From: an uncultured bacterium | Lineage (GTDB): Bacteria; Desulfobacterota_D; UBA1144; Nemesobacterales; UBA2774 | Length of the DNA: 64,000 nucleotides | Direction: 5' to 3' | NCBI GenBank assembly: GCA_963825135.1 | Contig: CAWGRW010000009.1 | Coordinates: 2,144,001 to 2,208,000, forward strand | Shown: positions 51,700 through 61,542 of the stretch, piece by piece | How the letters are laid out: every line of letters begins with the position of its first letter | Numbering within the stretch: the first letter of the stretch is position 1 | Notes under the pieces: generated by a model | What the model was told of the DNA's origin: nothing | Database searches by the model: none | Seen by the model: only the letters and a program-made list of their open reading frames with translations | Position numbers and translations under genes: made by a program

Positions 51700-52806
51700 T
51701 TATTTTAGTAACTTTTCTATATGCTTCAAGAAATGGTCATATATGCTATTCGACCTAATTTGATTATCATACCGTTTAAATTCTTTATATCCTGATTTAA
51801 GCTTGTATGTATTTCCGCTCATTGCAGGTTCGTTGGGGTCGCCACCCCAAACGGTTATTGCCGCTTTCAGAGTGTTTACCATATCCGAAGGCGGTGGATT
51901 CTGGATTGAAATACTATTGTTCTTAATGATCGTGTTCCTAGTCCCATACCATAGAGCTATCCCTGTATTAACATTCACAAGCTGATTGCCTTCGACTAAT
52001 GTGCCGTCTATATAGTAGCCCGATTTACTGCAATCATCACCATTGAAATTCACCCCCGCCCCCGGAGTGGGGCCGAGATAGTTATCGATGACCCTATTCC
52101 CCTTCATTTGAACGCAATAACCGGAGGCATTACTTAGATAAACGTCATGGCAATGACGGTTCGAATTAATCCCACCCAGCACACAATTCATGCCATTATC
52201 TTCCAGCCTGTTATCTTCAATCAGCACATAACTTGAAGAGGCAACAAAACTCGACCCGTACCAGAAATGGTGAGCCCAGTTGTTTTTCGCAACAACATTG
52301 TTGGAATGGAAGTCGAGGCCAGCGTACCCATTTCTCACTTCAAAACCTGAAAATTCATAATCATCCTGTCCTGGGTTAGTTCTGATAGAACACTCTTGAC
52401 AATATCCAGGTTCAATCACGGGCTTATTATTTGGAGAGGCGATTACGTGAACGCCTTTCTTTCCCATCAACTGAGCGTTGATATTCCACACTCCGTCCCC
52501 GACGCATACATATTGCCCGGCACTCGCAACATTAATCTTTGCCTGTATAGATTCCCCAGCCTTGACCGTATTCGTAGTTGTGCAATGGTTCGGCTTGTTG
52601 TAATCGGGCAAGCCGTCAACCCATCCCTGAATCGAGCCTATTATTTTACCGTCTTTATCGATGACTGGGACATTATAATCCCAATACCTTACTGGAGTAG
52701 GCGTAGGAGGCACAGTCGGGTCAGGGGCAGGGAATTGAACTTCAGCCCACGAATGAATGCCGAGAAGGGAAGACAATAAAAATAAACCAACTATCATCTT
52801 TCTCAT
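51700..52806 (-). CDS. secreted right-handed beta-helix protein (pectate lyase/NosD-like fold)
   Basis: Signal peptide, Pro/Thr linker, GESIQAKIN, repeated I.NN/IE.N strands. Confidence 0.75.
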   Translation of the reverse strand: MRKMIVGLFLLSSLLGIHSWAEVQFPAPDPTVPPTPTPVRYWDYNVPVIDKDGKIIGSIQGWVDGLPDYNKPNHCTTTNTVKAGESIQAKINVASAGQYVCVGDGVWNINAQLMGKKGVHVIASPNNKPVIEPGYCQECSIRTNPGQDDYEFSGFEVRNGYAGLDFHSNNVVAKNNWAHHFWYGSSFVASSSYVLIEDNRLEDNGMNCVLGGINSNRHCHDVYLSNASGYCVQMKGNRVIDNYLGPTPGAGVNFNGDDCSKSGYYIDGTLVEGNQLVNVNTGIALWYGTRNTIIKNNSISIQNPPPSDMVNTLKAAITVWGGDPNEPAMSGNTYKLKSGYKEFKRYDNQIRSNSIYDHFLKHIEKLLK

Positions 52807-53077
52807 AGTTATTGTATTGTTGCAATGCATATCAAAACACTCTTATGTTCACGATATTTCTTGCCGCTTACCGTTCTTAGAACTTAAAAAGCTATCTTAA
52901 CCGTCAGGACTGCACTTGTCAGGACTGTGGGAGGCGAGAACTTCCACATTAACTCACCCATCAGGCCGTTCATGGCCTGGTTGGCTTAAGATCGTAATGT
53001 GCGTCAATTTCGCCTGGGGGCGTGGTTGGAACACTGATTTATCCATTCCAAGAGACTCTATTCATCGAAAACCGACT

Positions 53078-53377
53078 CTAGCTTACGGAATTTGATAAAA
53101 TCGGGGATTTTAAGAACCTTTTACGGGCAGCTTCCCTTTGGGATTCTGACACCTTCCTGGGGGCTGAAATCTTGATCCAGCGTTTCGGGACCCGGAAACA
53201 CTCGTAATCGGCTTGTTTATGGTGCGGCTTCACCCCTATCTTAGTCATACGGTTCTTAATCCGTTTTTGCCGGGTGCTAATCTGAGCAAAAGATTCTTCA
53301 TCGTTAAAGCTGATAACTGTCTCGGTTTCAATCTTTTTCAATTGATTCTCCTTTTTTTTTATTTTCTTTGCTGGCAC
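53078..53377 (-). CDS. hypothetical basic protein
   Basis: 99-aa ORF; C-terminal SESQREAARKR. Confidence 0.6.
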   Translation of the reverse strand: MPAKKIKKKENQLKKIETETVISFNDEESFAQISTRQKRIKNRMTKIGVKPHHKQADYECFRVPKRWIKISAPRKVSESQREAARKRFLKSPILSNSVS

Positions 53378-53568
53378 TTGCTAACAAACAGATTGAGACT
53401 GTAAAAAAAGATTATTCTCTTAGGGGGACATGTATTCCCCCCCTTAATCCCCTTTCAAACATTAAAGACTTTAAAGGGATTGGAAGATTAAAAGGATTAA
53501 AGAAACAGAAAAAGCCCCAAAGCCTTAAAACCTTGACTACTCTCTTCTGTATTACGTAACGGTTTGGA

Positions 53569-54836
53569 TCATTCTTTTGGATCATTTATTTGTGCCATCT
53601 CCGAGGCTGGATTTGAAGCGATTAACTTTAATTCCGACTTCTCTTTCTTTAGTGTGATCTCGGTAATCGCGCTTCGACCAACACCGTATGATTTCAGGGT
53701 TAGGCCGGGTATCGAATCTAATGCATGTAGAAACGAGCTATAAGGGATAGCAAGGTCTTTTGCTAATCCCCTTAACGAAGTTACCATGTACCCCCCGGAG
53801 CTCTCCAGTATTCGGCGTATCCTAAGGGCGTAGTGCTTAATCTTGTCTCTCGGGGGTTTAGGTGCTCTTTCTATGGCGGGAGCAGGCTTCGATTGCCATT
53901 CACGGGCCTTTTCCGCTATTCGGCTTAGATGTGTCTTAGAAAGCCTATATCCGTTCCTGTACGCACTTTTTACGCTAGCTTTAACCCTGGACTCATATTC
54001 GGGGGCATAAAGTCCGTCATTCCAGAATAAGAGCCTTGTAAGGGCTTCCTGCTCGCTTAAACCCTGTTCTCGGTAATGAATGGCTAATGTAAGACACGCT
54101 TGATTCCTGACCCCGTCCGGGTCCCGGCTTCGAGTATCGCTATATCTTCTGATTCAGCGTTTTTCCGCTTTACCGGGGGTCGTATGATCTCGGCATCAAT
54201 CAAGGTCTGATGTACGTCGGTAAGGGTGGTTATAGAGCCTGAGTGATAGACTGTTTCGACTAGCGGCTTATCAGGATATTTGTAATTGGGATGACCGGGA
54301 ATCCGTATCAGACCGACAATGTTTCTTGTGGCCGCTTGATCCGCGCCTAGGTCTTCAAAAGCCCTAAAAAGGCCATTGGCACATTTCTTCCAGTATGAAA
54401 TCTTCTCAGGGAAGGCTCGGGCGGGCTTTATTCGGACAATGACGTGAAAGCGGCCCTGGCTGGTCTGTCTTATCTCACTAGGCGGTTCGGGAAACCCGAG
54501 CTGGCCCCATCTCTCCAAAATCTCGTCAGGGGATAAGAGCAAAGGCCCCTTATCGCCGTCTATGTCGATGTAAAGGGCATACAGAGCGTGAAGGTAATCA
54601 TGTCCCCGCTTTCTTTGATAGAAGGAATTGGGGGTTTCTAATTGGTGAGTCTTTCGAAATCGCTCAATATTGGCTAACTGGCATGGGGATTCGGATACGA
54701 AATTGTCCCTTTCGTCCCGCTTGTGGATAAAGTAATATTCCCCCTTGTTATAACCTGATCCCATAGAGTTTGTTTTCGTGCTCACTTTTGATAAATGATT
54801 TTCCACCGGCGTTTGGAGCATTGCCTTTTGATTCAA
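53569..54836 (-). CDS. primase-type replication protein (primase domain + PriCT-1 + C-terminal HTH), frameshifted near 54120
   Basis: LYIDID, TSQGRFH, RIPG motifs; second frame reads G.RNQACLTLA..YR..G..WN..VKSAY and continues into SLRGLAKDLAIPYSS. Confidence 0.75.
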
Positions 54837-55422
54837 TTAACTCGTTTAAAATTCCCCCTAGCGGTTGCAGCCGGGCCTTCGAGATCAGGGTATAAGGGCG
54901 GCGGGACCCGATCGCTTTATGGAGCACATCGGGGTTGTTTTCCTGTTTTACCTCGGCTCGATAGAGATTGTTAATCCAGCTAGCCCGATAATCCTGTCCT
55001 GGTTCCGGCGCGGGGAAAATGTAAAGAATCTTGAGAGCGCCTGGGGGGTTCCAATTCAGGACAAAATCTTTCTGTGATTCGTAAGACGCTGTATTAATGG
55101 AATAATTACTACTTTCGGTCAGTACGGTTTTAACTTCGATCAGGAACGTCCCGCTGTGATCGGGGCGTATTGCAATGAGGTCGGGCATATAGCGAATGAA
55201 CCCGCTAGTTGCATCATTAAGCTGTCGGAGTTCTACTTTAAATTCGGGGGGTAAAAGTTCCTGACCGAAGGGGGCGGTGGTAATGCCGAACCCGTTGAGG
55301 TATTCGGAGAGAGTCTTTTCAAATCTATGTCCGCGTTCAATCCGGGTTTGATAATTTATTCGGTCCGGTGTCGGGGGTATAGTTGAAAATCTGTTTGAAC
55401 GTGATAGAATTTGATTAGCCAT
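54748..55422 (-). CDS. PD-(D/E)XK nuclease-like protein
   Basis: GHRFE..PDL..LIEVK motif. Confidence 0.65.
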   Translation of the reverse strand: MANQILSRSNRFSTIPPTPDRINYQTRIERGHRFEKTLSEYLNGFGITTAPFGQELLPPEFKVELRQLNDATSGFIRYMPDLIAIRPDHSGTFLIEVKTVLTESSNYSINTASYESQKDFVLNWNPPGALKILYIFPAPEPGQDYRASWINNLYRAEVKQENNPDVLHKAIGSRRPYTLISKARLQPLGGILNELIESKGNAPNAGGKSFIKSEHENKLYGIRL

Positions 55423-55476
55423 TGATTTTCCATCCGAGCCGCTCCGCCTACCAGCAAGACGCGGCTCTTTTTTTGC

Positions 55477-55668
55477 CTAATTCACGCTTCCCCTTACTCG
55501 ATCGTCGCTAAACTTTTGTTGGATGATAGACTCAAGGTCGGCAATCTCATCTTTCAATGCTGAGAAAAAGTTATTGGCCTCGATTCTTTCTTCAGAACCA
55601 CCGCCAAGTAGGCTTATAGACTCGACACCTTCCGGGGTGAGAATGAGCCCGATTTTCGGTCCTTTCAT
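55477..55668 (-). CDS. small hypothetical protein
   Basis: 63 aa, AAGGAG RBS, first gene of the leftward operon. Confidence 0.6.
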   Translation of the reverse strand: MKGPKIGLILTPEGVESISLLGGGSEERIEANNFFSALKDEIADLESIIQQKFSDDRVRGSVN

Positions 55669-55822
55669 ATTCTCTCCTTTGTGCGTTAAATACCTTCTAC
55701 CTACCTATCTACTCACGGAGAGCGTTTTGTCCCAAAACTATTTTTTCAGGTAAAAAATCGTGGAAGCTATTTACGCCGGGGTCTATAAATGACGGGCAAA
55801 GTATGTTAGAATAATCAGTAAA

Positions 55823-56641
55823 ATGTCTGCAAATAATAGAGTATTATCAGCAACTTGGCCTTTATTAGATGATTATCTCGATGGACGGATATCCAGGGCT
55901 GAATATCTTTCAGTCTATATCAATTTTTTCACCACTAATTTCAAAAGGGATTACCCATTTATAGATCAGTGGACTACTGATCAAACAGATTATATATCTA
56001 TGGTTTCGGATATGGCTACCCCCGAAGAATGTTTAGAATATGATGCAATGGGACAGACAGGGATGGAGTTTATAGAGCAAATGGTGGGTTATCCCTTCAC
56101 CAATATAGGCCAACAATCTTATGCGCCCTTCAACTCACAAGTATTAATTCGTTGTGTTAAAAACGGCCAATGGACGGATTTGAAACGATGGACAGATAAT
56201 AACGGTCCGATCATGCCATATTTAGGATATTTTGCTATACACGTCATTGCCCTAGAACGGGCACATATAGATGCAAGGAAGAATAAGACCCTATGGCCAC
56301 TTCTCCTACGGCACGACAATGATCCCCGCAGTTCAGATTTTATTGGACGGTTTAACTTCACATCCGGGAAACAGAATGGTCCTGAACCATATCCACAAGG
56401 TGGAGCGATAGGCGAGTTGTTCAAATACGCTCAGGTGGATTTTCAAGCTCGCAGTAATACACCCGTGGATCAATCAATCGCTGCGGATATTAACTTTCAT
56501 CTCGGATTAGAGATTGCAAAGCATGTTCCAGCAGACCGAAGAGAAGCCATTGTTGCAAGCATGAAAGGTGATGAGAATATGCGGAATTTATCGACAAAGG
56601 CAGTTGATGATAAAATCAAAGAATATAATCGAAGAGAATAA
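55823..56641 (+). CDS. hypothetical protein
   Basis: 272-aa ORF divergent from the rep operon; no motif recognised. Confidence 0.65.
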   Translation: MSANNRVLSATWPLLDDYLDGRISRAEYLSVYINFFTTNFKRDYPFIDQWTTDQTDYISMVSDMATPEECLEYDAMGQTGMEFIEQMVGYPFTNIGQQSYAPFNSQVLIRCVKNGQWTDLKRWTDNNGPIMPYLGYFAIHVIALERAHIDARKNKTLWPLLLRHDNDPRSSDFIGRFNFTSGKQNGPEPYPQGGAIGELFKYAQVDFQARSNTPVDQSIAADINFHLGLEIAKHVPADRREAIVASMKGDENMRNLSTKAVDDKIKEYNRRE

Positions 56642-56974
56642 AGAAAAAAGAAAACAAGTCTTAATTCAGAAATATGGGGATGGCAGGAGAAGAAGGATGG
56701 TAAAGAAAGTAGTTGCTTCGATTCGCAAGAGATGTTTGTGTCCGTAAATGAATTGTTGAGGGATACCAAAGGCACAGGTGATGAAGAAATCATAGTTCAG
56801 AAACTTCAAGATGATACTCCATCACTTCGGGATATGGAAAAGAAGGTGGGTATGTCTAAAAAGTAAAATTTCTAACCATCTTAAAAAACTTAAGAGAATT
56901 ATATCTTCTGTAATTCCACTCCAGTTTATAGTATGATGAAACTAGTTTCCGTTTTCTAAGGGGTCGGGGACTCA

Positions 56975-57304
56975 ATGAAATACCTTGTTTTTCTGCTCTT
57001 ATTCCTGATAGGTTGTGGCGGGGGGAATTACTACGGGACAACTGCTACTCCGTATAACAGTTATTACACCGATAGTTCAGGTTATCAGCCCGGCGCATAT
57101 GGAAACAATGATCAGGGATTTCAGACGCCACAACAGTATGAATCCAGAAATCGATGGAAATATGTGCCGTCAGTTCAGGAACAAAAACCCGCTCCAGACC
57201 TTTATATAAACACGATGACAGGCTATTCGTATATGCGGCTCGGAGATGATGAAAATAGTTTTTATGTCGATCCCAAGGGGAAATACGCTCATGCAGTTTG
57301 GTGA
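56975..57304 (+). CDS. hypothetical lipoprotein
   Basis: MKYLVFLLLFLIGC lipobox. Confidence 0.7.
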   Translation: MKYLVFLLLFLIGCGGGNYYGTTATPYNSYYTDSSGYQPGAYGNNDQGFQTPQQYESRNRWKYVPSVQEQKPAPDLYINTMTGYSYMRLGDDENSFYVDPKGKYAHAVW

Positions 57305-57413
57305 TTGGAAAATTGACCAAAAGGGAAATACATATATCCCGTTCGGGGACGGATATATTGATTCAAAGGGGACTTACTTGATGCCAATGAACTAAGAGAC
57401 TCACGGTAAGCAA

Positions 57414-57976
57414 ATGCACTTCATATGGTTCCTGATTAGGCTTGCTTTAGCTGATTTAGTTGCTGTTATCGTAATGGCTATCGGGACATTTATCGTTTCT
57501 TTGCCGGTTTTACTCTTGGTAAAAATAGAGTCAAAAATTAATAGCTCGGCCTACAAGGGTCTAAGTTATATCTGTGCAATCCCAATGTTAATATTCATGC
57601 TAGTATCTTGGGGTTTTTGGGCCGCCTATAACGTTGGTATAACATATCTATTCGCAAATTCGAATTTCTGGCATATTCAAATGGGTTTATTGGGCTATAA
57701 ACCTTATAACCTGTTTAACATTTTTGTCATGGTTGGCGTATAAAGAGAAACAAAATATAGCGAGAGAATATTTTGACAAAACATAAAAAGGCAAAAGATC
57801 AATTTGAACAGCTTGACGTGATTGTTGAACCACTCGGGGAAGAACGTACCGTGAATCGGGCAACATTTGGGTGGCAGATATATACAGTAATAATATATGG
57901 CCTTTTCGCTTTATATCCACCTGTGATGATAATTCTTTATGGACCAGTTTTACAGTTTCTAGGGGTTGTTCAATGA
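57414..57976 (+). CDS. membrane protein, apparently frameshifted
   Basis: Two consecutive hydrophobic ORFs, 57414..57743 and 57773..57976. Confidence 0.5.
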
Positions 57977-57985
57977 CTTATAAGA

Positions 57986-59041
57986 TTAATCCCTCACCAG
58001 CTTCAGCTTCTTTTCCCCCCAGGGCAGCTTCTTAATCGCTCGGGCTTTATGCTCGTCAGATAAGTGGGCGTATATCATGGTCGTGACTATGCTCTTATGG
58101 CCCATTAATTCCTTTATTGTTGGAAGATCAACACCACTCATTACAAGGTGTGATGCAAAAGTGTGTCTTAGGGTATGGGGAGTTACTTTCTTTAGACCCG
58201 CCCGTTTAACTGCATTATTAAAGCAGGTCTTGAATGATGTAATAGACTTTCCGTCCGGGTTGCAGAATAAGTAAATCTTTTGATCCTGCCTCGGGGAAAC
58301 CTTGTCATGTGGGGATACGTAATTATCCCTTAAAAAAGAGCAGGGTGGCTTTTAATTCGTCATTCATAGACACGGTGTAATAGCCGTTCCCTTTTGTATT
58401 CAGGATGGTGAGCAAGTCGTTTTCATGGGCCGCGTCATCGAGCTTCAATTCCCTTAACTGTTTCGATCGTAGGCCCGCACTCCGTAGAATGGTTAATATG
58501 AGCCGGAGCCATAAGGAAGCGGCGCCCATCAACATATCGAGCTCTGTCCGGGAAAGAAAACGGGGCGGCTTCTCCTGACTCGTGAGTTTTTTGATTTTGG
58601 GAGACGTAGATAATAAGCGCCATTCGATAGCCTTACTGAGCATGTATTGAAGGCATAGGAGCTCAATATTGATTGTACGGTTGCTTACCCCTTCCCCTTG
58701 CCGTTTAGCCTTGTAAAGCTCTATATGCTCGTTATCAATGGAATCAACCATCATTGTAACAAAGTAAGGAGAAAGGACCCGTGTGCTGGTAATATCTCTT
58801 TCCCATGTTCGGTGAGCCTTATTCGCTCTGGAGTAGTTGAGATAGCGGACTATCAGATCATTAAACGGGACGGGCTTAATATCCATAAGGCCCAATTTGT
58901 CCCGTCCGATTTGGATTCAACTTTCTTGATATACTCCCGAGCGTCCTTGTATGGTACCTTTCCAATCCGCTTCCATTTGACCCAACCATTTATGCGAAAC
59001 AAAGCATAATAGACTTCCCCCTTTTTGGTTAAACCAGCCAT
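57986..59041 (-). CDS. int: tyrosine recombinase/integrase, two frameshifts
   Basis: N-terminal arm-like segment, SNRTINIEL, GLR, HTLRHTFASHLV, LMGH, TTMIYAH; stop at 57986. Confidence 0.9.
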
Positions 59042-59066
59042 GACAGTATCCCCCTTTTGCATGGTT

Positions 59067-59240
<174 letters not shown>

Positions 59241-59247
<7 letters not shown>

Positions 59248-59423
59248 CTCCTCCTTCCCGAAGCATAGCGACAGAGTTGCAATTTTCCACCAGCGACCGG
59301 TTCCTCTTAATTTGGTTTCAGTAATGACGGTACGGGGTCTTTTTGCGTTCGTGCCTTCAACCATGAGCGACCAATTCCTCGCTTGCTCGGAATTGTTGAT
59401 CGGAACCGTTCCTCCGGGCGCGC
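59241..59423 (+). repeat. tRNA-linked repeat, copy 1
   Basis: Begins and ends with the tRNA 3' end GGGCGCGC; core 59293..59405 identical to 61090..61202. Confidence 0.9.
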
Positions 59424-59445
59424 ACTCCTTTCCCGAGGCACTGTT

Positions 59446-59629
59446 AAGGAATACCATGGAGGATGGAGGAATATGCCAGGGGCCTCCGGTACGAGAAACC
59501 ATGCCGAGAGCATAGTACCAATTATTAATTCGCGACTTATTAATTCGCGACAGCCTTTCTTCTGCGCACCGCGAAGAACACCCCGACCAATCCTAATCCC
59601 GCCGCCGCCGCGATCATGCCCCATTCGGA
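59446..59629. repeat. IPTL anchor plus downstream module, copy 1
   Basis: 184 bp, near-identical to 60181..60364. Confidence 0.9.
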
Positions 59630-60037
59630 CAGAGTCGGAATATTCGAAACAGCGCTCACGTTCGTGAACATGCAGGTGACGTCGCCGCCGCCGTCGCATG
59701 TGGCCGTGAAACCGTTCTCCGTAATTTCGAACCCCGTCGCGCCCGTACTCTCGCACTCAACGCCCGAAAGCCTCCATCCCGCTAACGGCAGCTCGGTCAC
59801 AGTGACTCCCGAATTAAAAGTGCCTCCCTCCGAGCCTCCGCCTTCTATACCAACAAGAAAGGGCTCTTTACCGTCCGATGTGACCTCGAATGGAAATAGG
59901 ACACCACTGCCTCCAGGCGCCTCTTTTATGACGACCGCACTACACGCACCCTGCCCAAAGGCTGCTTCCCCGAAACCCGCGAGCATCGTAAGGCCTGTCA
60001 GTACGAAAACTATAGAGAAAACAGAGAGATTGAACAT
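59540..60037 (-). CDS. IPTL-CTERM protein
   Basis: Signal peptide; IPTLSEWGMIAAAAGLGLVGVFFAVRRRK. Confidence 0.9.
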   Translation of the reverse strand: MFNLSVFSIVFVLTGLTMLAGFGEAAFGQGACSAVVIKEAPGGSGVLFPFEVTSDGKEPFLVGIEGGGSEGGTFNSGVTVTELPLAGWRLSGVECESTGATGFEITENGFTATCDGGGDVTCMFTNVSAVSNIPTLSEWGMIAAAAGLGLVGVFFAVRRRKAVAN

Positions 60038-60180
60038 TTTATCATCCTCACTCAATTATGACTTTTAGCCAACATATTATATTTCTATTCCCAAGTCAAT
60101 CGCTTCCCTTCCCCTAACCCGCCGTATTTCTTGAAAAGGAGGTCCGGGTAAATGCGCTTTAGGGACGCCGGCACCGAAAG

Positions 60181-60364
60181 AAGGAATACCATGGAGGATG
60201 GAGGAGTATGCCCGGGGCCTCCGGTACGAGAAACCATGCCGAGAGCATCGTACTGATTATTAATTCACGACTTATTAATTCGCGTAGGCCTTTCTTCTGC
60301 GCACCGCGAAGAACAACCCGACCAATCCTAATCCCGCCGCCGCCGCGATCATGCCCCATTCGGA
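60181..60364. repeat. IPTL anchor plus downstream module, copy 2
   Basis: Near-identical to 59446..59629. Confidence 0.9.
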
Positions 60365-60745
60365 TAAGGTGGGGATGGGATTGATGTTCAATCCGCATGC
60401 TTCGAGCACGCGTGCCCTGCAAAATATAGCTTGTTGCCCAGTAATACGAATCCCAAGCGGGCTATCACCCTCATAGCCGAATGAGCAATTCCCACCTTCT
60501 ATATCCATAAACGTTGCAAAATTCACAGATTCATTAGAAACTATTATGCCTTGGGATATTTCATTGGATTCGAGAACATACTGAGTGCCCGGTCCAAGTT
60601 GACCGCCGGGGCATAGAGCTTCAATTACATCATTGCCCGTGGTCCCGTCTGGCAGTGCCTGCGTATCGCACGGGCAGGTTTGTGAAAAAGCATAATCGGA
60701 TACAAAAAGAACTGCTAATAATATAAACAGGTTATAGATTTTCAT
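60275..60745 (-). CDS. IPTL-CTERM protein
   Basis: Signal peptide; Cys-containing passenger; IPTLSEWGMIAAAAGLGLVGLFFAVRRRK. Confidence 0.9.
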   Translation of the reverse strand: MKIYNLFILLAVLFVSDYAFSQTCPCDTQALPDGTTGNDVIEALCPGGQLGPGTQYVLESNEISQGIIVSNESVNFATFMDIEGGNCSFGYEGDSPLGIRITGQQAIFCRARVLEACGLNINPIPTLSEWGMIAAAAGLGLVGLFFAVRRRKAYAN

Positions 60746-61037
60746 ATCAATCGCTCCTTTAAACAGTTTTATCTGCAATCAATAAATTCTACTGATTGTA
60801 ACACTTTTAGGTTTGCAGTACAATAAATATAGGTATTATCGACGAGGCAAAATTTGCGCCGTCAGAGAAAGGTCGAGTCCGGGATAAGATTGCCGAAGTC
60901 GTAGGTATGTCTGGTTGGAACTTGTACAAGTTGTCACTTCCCCTTGCCGTCGCGCCTGGCAAAGATATTGTTTATGGCTTCCGTATACGGCTCCCGGAGG
61001 GACTTGCCGAGCCGGGCGGCCGGTATCTTCAATTGCA

Positions 61038-61220
61038 GGGCGCGCTCCTCCTTCCCAAAGTACTGTGATGCATGTGCCATAGTCCACCGGCGACCGGTTC
61101 CTCTTAATTTGGTTTCAGTAATGACGGTACGGGGTCTTTTTGCGTTCGTGCCTTCAACCATGAGCGACCAATTCCTCGCTTGCTCGGAATTGTTGATCGG
61201 AATCGTTTCCGGGCGCGCTC
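61038..61220 (+). repeat. tRNA-linked repeat, copy 2
   Basis: GGGCGCGCTCCTCCTTCCC start, 113-bp identical core, TCCGGGCGCGC end. Confidence 0.9.
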
Positions 61221-61494
61221 CGCTGTACTCCCCGGTCGATAACAAGCAGCTACAGCACGGGGTGTTCCCGATTATTCATGCGGAGCGTCCGCGAAAGTAT
61301 GTAAGATGTCGATATATCTGACGGGATAGGCGAGGGTAAAAAGAGGAGGCCGCCCCCGCATCCTCCTGAGAGCGTGCGTTAAACGGGGCTGAATAGGGGG
61401 ATTCGGCGGTTATATCCCCTCCGGCCTGCTCTCCGTCGCGTAAATTCGGAATGATGTCCGCATATTCGCCCCGAGGCCCGGCAGCGGGTCCTGA

Positions 61495-61510
61495 TGGCAC
61501 GGGAGTTGCA
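61495..61510 (+). promoter_or_regulatory. sigma54 (-24/-12) promoter
   Basis: TGGCAC-GGGAG-TTGCA matches TGGCAC-N5-TTGC, about 30 bp before the radical SAM start. Confidence 0.75.
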
Positions 61511-61542
61511 CTAATTTATTCTGTCCGCAGAGAGGCCCCCCC

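Noticed and set aside
44014..59066. Complete prophage or ICE
   Set aside because: No capsid, portal, large terminase, tail, lysis, relaxase or T4SS genes recognised.
59360..59410. HDV-like (theta) ribozyme downstream of the tRNA, suggested by CAA-TTCCTCGC-TTG
   Set aside because: No 6-7-bp P1 followed by GG could be built, no J4/2 motif was found, and it does not abut the tRNA 3' end.
59446..60364. Integron attC cassette array
   Set aside because: The repeats lack RYYYAAC/GTTRRRY ends, extend into coding sequence, and no IntI-type features were recognised in the integrase.
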